A program made the position numbers and the translations under genes. Positions 15,153-20,000 of a stretch of DNA of 20,000 bases are shown piece after piece. This stretch comes from an uncultured virus (IMG/VR IMGVR_UViG_3300037067_004188) (Duplodnaviria > Heunggongvirae > Uroviricota > Caudoviricetes), in IMG/VR virus record IMGVR_UViG_3300037067_004188. One strand, written 5' to 3'. The notes under the pieces are model-generated. The model did not search any database, had not been told where the DNA came from, and was given only the letters and a program-made list of their open reading frames with translations. Within the stretch, counting starts at the first letter, position 1. The number at the start of each line of letters is the position of its first letter.

Positions 15153-15372
15153 AATTCCGAGAGACAAACCTAATGAGCCAGAATGGTGGTGGTTTGAAAA
15201 CATAAGGAAAAAACTTACAATATGTCATATTCAAAAAACCCAACAGGCTGGCTATGAGGGAATTCTTCTTATCCGACCATTTGATTTGAGGGTAAGGTTG
15301 ACCTTCGCCGAGTTTACGGAAAAATACGGAATCGGTACGTGGACAAAAGCAATATTGCCAAAAAGAAGATAG
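15142..15372 (+). CDS. Hypothetical protein
   Basis: GGAGG RBS supports ATG 15142 (MENEIPRDKPNEPEWWWF). Confidence 0.7.
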   Translation: MENEIPRDKPNEPEWWWFENIRKKLTICHIQKTQQAGYEGILLIRPFDLRVRLTFAEFTEKYGIGTWTKAILPKRR

Positions 15373-15384
15373 AGGAGACTAAAA

Positions 15385-16227
15385 TTGGAAAAAGAAAAGA
15401 TTGAGATCGAGGGAATCGTACTTGAGAAAAAGGCAGAGGAAGAATCAGAGACTAATCTATGGGATATAGTAGACATAGAACTCAGCCGAGAAATTGAGAA
15501 AAAAATGCAAGGGGTCTATGAGGAGGAATTTGTCTACAATATACCTTATTATACTGGCAAAGATAAAGGGGGACAAATTGATTGGGGAATCCTTTGCGAT
15601 AAGATTAACTGCAAATATCGTAGAGACAAGACGCCACATACTCACGTTCTTGGTATCAATGTCAATGGTGCGGATCAGCTTATGCGGACATATAAGCATT
15701 TCAATCTGGAATCCGAGAAGCCTGAAATCATGGAGATTGAGAATAAAAAGTATTGGATGATCAAGATGACCGTTACCAATATAAAGGACAAGATAACGAA
15801 GCCTCTCTGGGTCGTTCAGGCTGTAATGATGTCAGATAAGACAGGGAAATACACCTTTAACGAGAACGCACTTGCTATCGCACAGTCAAAGGGCTTTAGA
15901 AACCTGATATTATCTGTCGTGCCTAGTAACGCAAAGGTGCAATGGATAAAGGAGTATTCTGAAGGGAAGGCGTATACCAAGCCAGAGGAATTATCAAGCA
16001 TTGCCGAAACCACAGAGACAACCGAACCAGAAACAGAGGGAGCGTCAAAGGTAAACAAATTGCTAGAGGACATGGCGCTGATGACTACCGTAGAGGAATT
16101 GTCTAATTTCTGGAACGCCAATGCAGAATGGTATAAGTCGCTTAATGGCGATGACAAGATACTCTATTCTGGTGCTTATAAGAAGTTCATGGACAAGTTG
16201 AGAGTGCCGAAGGATTCCCTATTGTGA
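15385..16227 (+). CDS. Putative single-strand annealing/recombination protein
   Basis: FVYNIPY...GINVNGA...AIAQSKGFRNLILSVVP core, acidic linker, small helical C-terminal domain; near the exonuclease. The function is inferred. Confidence 0.5.
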   Translation: MEKEKIEIEGIVLEKKAEEESETNLWDIVDIELSREIEKKMQGVYEEEFVYNIPYYTGKDKGGQIDWGILCDKINCKYRRDKTPHTHVLGINVNGADQLMRTYKHFNLESEKPEIMEIENKKYWMIKMTVTNIKDKITKPLWVVQAVMMSDKTGKYTFNENALAIAQSKGFRNLILSVVPSNAKVQWIKEYSEGKAYTKPEELSSIAETTETTEPETEGASKVNKLLEDMALMTTVEELSNFWNANAEWYKSLNGDDKILYSGAYKKFMDKLRVPKDSLL

Positions 16228-16235
16228 GGTGCGTT

Positions 16236-16349
16236 ATGAGACCTGTGTTTCTGGACAATAACCGTAATGACGTAATAGCCTTTATTCTCGGAATGATCGC
16301 ATGTGTTATAATTTGCATTGCTGGATGGCTGATAAAGCGAGGAGGTTAA
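16236..16349 (+). CDS. Single-TM small protein (37 aa)
   Basis: GAGGTG RBS; VIAFILGMIACVIICIAGWLI followed by KR. Confidence 0.6.
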   Translation: MRPVFLDNNRNDVIAFILGMIACVIICIAGWLIKRGG

Positions 16350-16350
16350 A

Positions 16351-17049
16351 ATGAAATATACTTTCAAGGTCAAGGACTACGAGGAAATAGACTTAGCAAG
16401 GATTTCAAGAGAGAATCCAGAGTCAGATGTTCTAATTGTAAATTACAAGACTATTTCTAATAATAATTTTGACGCAAAACTGTTGCTGAGTAAGAAGTTT
16501 CTGTCTAATTTCCATTTCCCGGAAGAAACTATTTCCCAAAAGATATGCAATGAACCATTAAGTTTTAGTTGGGGCGCTCCACTTTGCGATATTCATAATT
16601 TCAAGGCAATCCGATCAGTTGATATTCCAGAGATAATCAAAGAGATTCGGTTAGCGAAGAACCATCTCAAGGAAAAACAAAAGAAATATACAATCACGGT
16701 CAGCGAACTGAACCTTGACAAGCCCAAGCCGTCAAGTAAAAACCATCCTGATGTAAAGGACTGGCGTATTTACCAAAGAATACTGCGCGACTTAGATATG
16801 TTCAAATTCACTGACGAGAAGCCTACGTCAAATAACGAATCGGCTGAAAAAGTACCAACTAATGAGAAGGATACAAGTTTTTTGATACATCATGAGCCAA
16901 ATTCCGATCATTATAAGGAGCGATGGCAAAATTTCAATGTTTCTTATAATAACCTAACTCTACAAATTTCCTATGAGGATAAAACCAAGTCACCAATAGA
17001 GACCGTTGTAATAAATGGTCAGGTGTATGAAAAAGAAGTGCCTTTTTGA
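16351..17049 (+). CDS. Hypothetical protein ending in an SSB-like EVPF tail
   Basis: GGAGGT RBS; 232 aa. Confidence 0.75.
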   Translation: MKYTFKVKDYEEIDLARISRENPESDVLIVNYKTISNNNFDAKLLLSKKFLSNFHFPEETISQKICNEPLSFSWGAPLCDIHNFKAIRSVDIPEIIKEIRLAKNHLKEKQKKYTITVSELNLDKPKPSSKNHPDVKDWRIYQRILRDLDMFKFTDEKPTSNNESAEKVPTNEKDTSFLIHHEPNSDHYKERWQNFNVSYNNLTLQISYEDKTKSPIETVVINGQVYEKEVPF

Positions 17050-17105
17050 GAAGATATTAAACTTTAATCCCTAGCTGGGTGGGGTGATGTCCAGCGAGGT
17101 TAAAT

Positions 17106-17504
17106 ATGAAAACTATTCGTTTTGATTCGTGTATGGATTGCCCATACCGTAAGAGTGTTTTGAATAAAAAAGGTAAAATTACTGTCCTCTGTGATCGTCT
17201 GTCTACAAATCTAGCCAATATGGATTGGATTCCCCATAGGAGCGATCTTGATGAGTTCGGAATATCAAAATTAAAATTTCCGAGAGATTGCCCGATTAAA
17301 GACGATCCTGTTAAAGAAGAACCAGAGTCATGTCCTCCCGAACCAGACCCGAAAGAATATATCGCTATGTTATACAGACGCTATCGGAAATTAGCCGAAG
17401 AGGGCAAGTTCGATGATGCGCAAAAGCTATTCCAAGAGGCGTCTAAAATTCAATTTGGATTAATGATAGAAAGTATTAAGGAACGCTTAAAGGAAAAGAG
17501 GTGA
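17106..17504 (+). CDS. Hypothetical Cys-containing protein
   Basis: GAGGT RBS; CMDCPY...C...PRDCP. Confidence 0.7.
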   Translation: MKTIRFDSCMDCPYRKSVLNKKGKITVLCDRLSTNLANMDWIPHRSDLDEFGISKLKFPRDCPIKDDPVKEEPESCPPEPDPKEYIAMLYRRYRKLAEEGKFDDAQKLFQEASKIQFGLMIESIKERLKEKR

Positions 17505-17507
17505 AAT

Positions 17508-17789
17508 ATGGGAGAGAGGTTTGAGAATCCGTATATAATTGACTGTGTTTTCAAAAACGTCTTTAACTCTAAATTTCGCACAAAATTCATCATGGCTTCT
17601 GAGATTGCTCTATGCGAGAAAGATTTCTCAAACAAAGGGATATTTGGCGTTATCGTGACCCTAAAGGGACATACGGAGTATTGTACCATTGGTGAGTTTG
17701 ATAATGAAAATGATATGGATAGGTTCTATAACAAGGTCAGGGCAAAGATGGAAGTTCTGACAACACCAATAACGATTTCTTTGAAATGA
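17508..17789 (+). CDS. Hypothetical protein
   Basis: GAGGTG RBS. Confidence 0.7.
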   Translation: MGERFENPYIIDCVFKNVFNSKFRTKFIMASEIALCEKDFSNKGIFGVIVTLKGHTEYCTIGEFDNENDMDRFYNKVRAKMEVLTTPITISLK

Positions 17790-18181
17790 GGTGGAATATG
17801 GATTGTAAAACGGCTATTGAGTCATGTCTTTGTAAGGCGGATTGTTGTGGTTGCTTTCAGATGGATAATGAGCAACTTGCACGGTTCAAGGGTTCGTTCC
17901 AGAAGGATGGACAACATTTTCCTGTAAGTGAGACGGAAACTCTCATTGTCACGGATGATCTTCGCTGTGTATTCCTTGATCGTAGCGATTTCCATTGCGT
18001 GATACATGAGAATCGCCCCAATGTGTGCAGAAAATATGGCATGATTGAAGAACTGCCATGCCCCATTTATGATGTCAACGGGATAAAGAGAAACAGGGCA
18101 GGGCGTAGAGATATAAACAGGAAGATAACCAAGAATCATCAGTCGTTTAGGGGTTGGCTAAAGAAACAAAAGGCTAATTAG
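17786..18181 (+). CDS. YkgJ-family (CxxCxxCC) cysteine cluster protein
   Basis: CLCKADCC...CVFLDRSDFHCVIHENRPNVCRKY. The start may be ATG 17798 after GAGGTG. Confidence 0.85.
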   Translation: MRWNMDCKTAIESCLCKADCCGCFQMDNEQLARFKGSFQKDGQHFPVSETETLIVTDDLRCVFLDRSDFHCVIHENRPNVCRKYGMIEELPCPIYDVNGIKRNRAGRRDINRKITKNHQSFRGWLKKQKAN

Positions 18182-18503
18182 GAAATTTCGCCCAATATCC
18201 AGGCTTATAGCTCTCGAACACTGCTGATTTTGTCGTTGCTAGTGTTGTTGAAATGTTAGCACCTGCATTATCTATCTGATCCCCTGAAAATGGGAATATT
18301 TGAAGTATTTTAGCGCCATCATTTATTACCGTTACTCTTAGCCCAGGTATAGCGTCTGGTAACGTACAAACATCGTTATCGTTGGCGCAGACGCTTATTT
18401 CGTTGATGTCATGTGTGAGAATACATTTGCCTTGTGTCTGCGTAGTGCTTGCCGTGATACCGTTCTCGTGGTGGAATTCTGTCAAATTCAATCGTTTTTT
18501 CAT
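18174..18503 (-). CDS. Probable virion structural/tail-associated beta-domain protein
   Basis: TLPDAIPGLRVTVINDGAKILQIFPFSGDQID...W pattern, typical of phage fibre/decoration domains. Confidence 0.6.
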   Translation of the reverse strand: MKKRLNLTEFHHENGITASTTQTQGKCILTHDINEISVCANDNDVCTLPDAIPGLRVTVINDGAKILQIFPFSGDQIDNAGANISTTLATTKSAVFESYKPGYWAKFPN

Positions 18504-18505
18504 GC

Positions 18506-18994
18506 TTATTCTCCTTCATCATCTGTTGCTGTTGGCATCCCATCAACTTTTGCCTGCTCATCCGCTATAACTTTGTTCTGTGCCGCTATAATCGCTGTCT
18601 TTTGTGCTTGTAGATCAACGATCTTTGCATTTAACTCAGCAAGACTAATCTGTATCTTTGTAACTTCCTTATAAGGTTTAACTAACTTGTAAAAGTAAAT
18701 AGTCTCAATGACTTGACCTTGCTCATTCTTTATGTCTTTCTTAACCACGCCATCAAAACTAATTGAATCCTGTACCATCTGGATAATTAGTGGTGCGCCT
18801 GCCGCCAATGCCAAGTCTGCCTTTGCTTTAGTAATAGTTGCCGCATCCTTCATCGCATTAGATATTGTTGCACTTGACGTTATCTTCGTAAGTAACGCAG
18901 TATCATTTGGCAAGTTGATATTCTTGATAATTGCAAAACTCGAAACTGCAAAAACTAATAGAATTATAAAGCCGACAATAAAAAACTTTTTCAT
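18506..18994 (-). CDS. Hypothetical protein with signal peptide and C-terminal coiled coil
   Basis: MKKFFIVGFIILLVFAVSSFA N-terminus; heptad-like LAELNAKIVDLQAQKTAI. Confidence 0.7.
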   Translation of the reverse strand: MKKFFIVGFIILLVFAVSSFAIIKNINLPNDTALLTKITSSATISNAMKDAATITKAKADLALAAGAPLIIQMVQDSISFDGVVKKDIKNEQGQVIETIYFYKLVKPYKEVTKIQISLAELNAKIVDLQAQKTAIIAAQNKVIADEQAKVDGMPTATDDEGE

Positions 18995-19005
18995 GATCAT
19001 ATCTC

Positions 19006-20000
19006 CTACCTAATCAATAAAGGTTGATTTGACGGAATGACTCCACTACCCTTAGTCGCTGTATTAGCCGCCGCACTATCATCCCTTAACAAAGCCACAT
19101 CATCCACCCATACAATATCCCCATTCGCCACACCACGACAATAGATAACGCCTGCTGTTCCTACTGCCTTGAACGACACTCTAACCCTAGTCCATGTTGT
19201 TGCTGTTGTTGTGCCTATGGTCGCTATCGTGCCTGTTCCAGTGTCCATGTAGATACCCACCGTGTCACCAGCCGTAGCCTTCGCATAACCGACTACGGTA
19301 TAGTATTGACCAGATACCAACGTGATAGACTGTTTCGCACCGACATCAACTGCACCTGCTGTTATCTTCAAGCAGTTCGTTCCTGCATGTGGACTGGTAT
19401 CTGATACAACAGTTGCATTAACTTCTTGTGTCCATGACGCTGGAGGATCAGCACCACCTTCACATGAACCATTCACAACTTTGCTTGCTATAACTTTGAC
19501 GTTATCCCAATATGCCAATTCACCACTTACTGCACTTGGTACTGTCGGGTCTACTGTGGTGTCTGTGTCAGCCGCTTGAAAGCAATGTTCTACCTCTTGA
19601 ACTTCACCTAAATTCCATGCTAGAGCATTACTAAGTGTAAGATTATTCCCTGCCCCACCAACTAATGCCGTCAATGTCGTGCCTGTGCCTTCACAACAAC
19701 TATAAGCCTCTGTGATTGTGCCTGCACTTGCTGATATATCAAATGGGTTATTGTATTGGTAGAGGACTTGAGCGGCTGACCATACTGAACCTATGACTAT
19801 TTTAGCATCACAAATTTGACCATCAAATACACCACTACTTCCTCCTGAATATGCCCCCAATGTGAATATTGCTGTATTGGATAAAGATAAAATAGATGCT
19901 ATTCCAGTACCTATATTGGAATCATTATTTCCATCTACTATAATTTTGCAATTATTATTATTATCTCTATCTATGATAAATGCTATATAATGCCATTTAT
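19006..20000 (-). CDS. Tail fibre/receptor-binding protein, C-terminal part (LamG/concanavalin A domain plus CBM4/9-like domain); starts beyond the window
   Basis: Frame open to the window edge: WHYIAF...VDG...LGA...FDGQI (LamG), then NGSCE...W...HAGTNCLKIT...QSITLVSGQYYTV...WTRV...WVDDV (CBM4/9-like). Confidence 0.8.
   Translation of the reverse strand, partial: KWHYIAFIIDRDNNNNCKIIVDGNNDSNIGTGIASILSLSNTAIFTLGAYSGGSSGVFDGQICDAKIVIGSVWSAAQVLYQYNNPFDISASAGTITEAYSCCEGTGTTLTALVGGAGNNLTLSNALAWNLGEVQEVEHCFQAADTDTTVDPTVPSAVSGELAYWDNVKVIASKVVNGSCEGGADPPASWTQEVNATVVSDTSPHAGTNCLKITAGAVDVGAKQSITLVSGQYYTVVGYAKATAGDTVGIYMDTGTGTIATIGTTTATTWTRVRVSFKAVGTAGVIYCRGVANGDIVWVDDVALLRDDSAAANTATKGSGVIPSNQPLLIR

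Noticed and set aside
19006..20000. Diversity-generating retroelement target in the tail fibre gene
   Set aside because: No reverse transcriptase and no template/variable repeat pair in the window.

Overview
This window is most likely a segment of a tailed dsDNA phage or prophage, host not determinable. It has near-consensus sigma70/sigmaA promoters and strong GGAGG ribosome-binding sites. From left to right it contains: the 3' end of a DnaB helicase, an HNH nuclease and hypothetical genes (+); a minus-strand operon with a beta-class amino-DNA methyltransferase, a Thg1-like 3'-5' polymerase and a ribbon-helix-helix protein; a non-coding strand-switch region (~6.6-7.1 kb); an early-type cluster of small genes with structured intergenic RNAs, including a hammerhead ribozyme with the U3-A8 core variant; a probable small-terminase-like HTH gene (-); a second + operon with an excisionase-like HTH, a Cas4/RecB-like PD-(D/E)XK nuclease, a putative annealing protein and a YkgJ protein; and the 3' end of a virion/tail operon (LamG + carbohydrate-binding domains, -). 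The most unusual signal is a four-part cassette present twice in diverged form (5271-5903 and 10629-11229). Each copy has its own promoter, a structured leader whose covarying loop can sequester the RBS, a small winged-HTH gene, and three cassette-specific palindromes. All family assignments come from motif recognition by eye; no searches were run.
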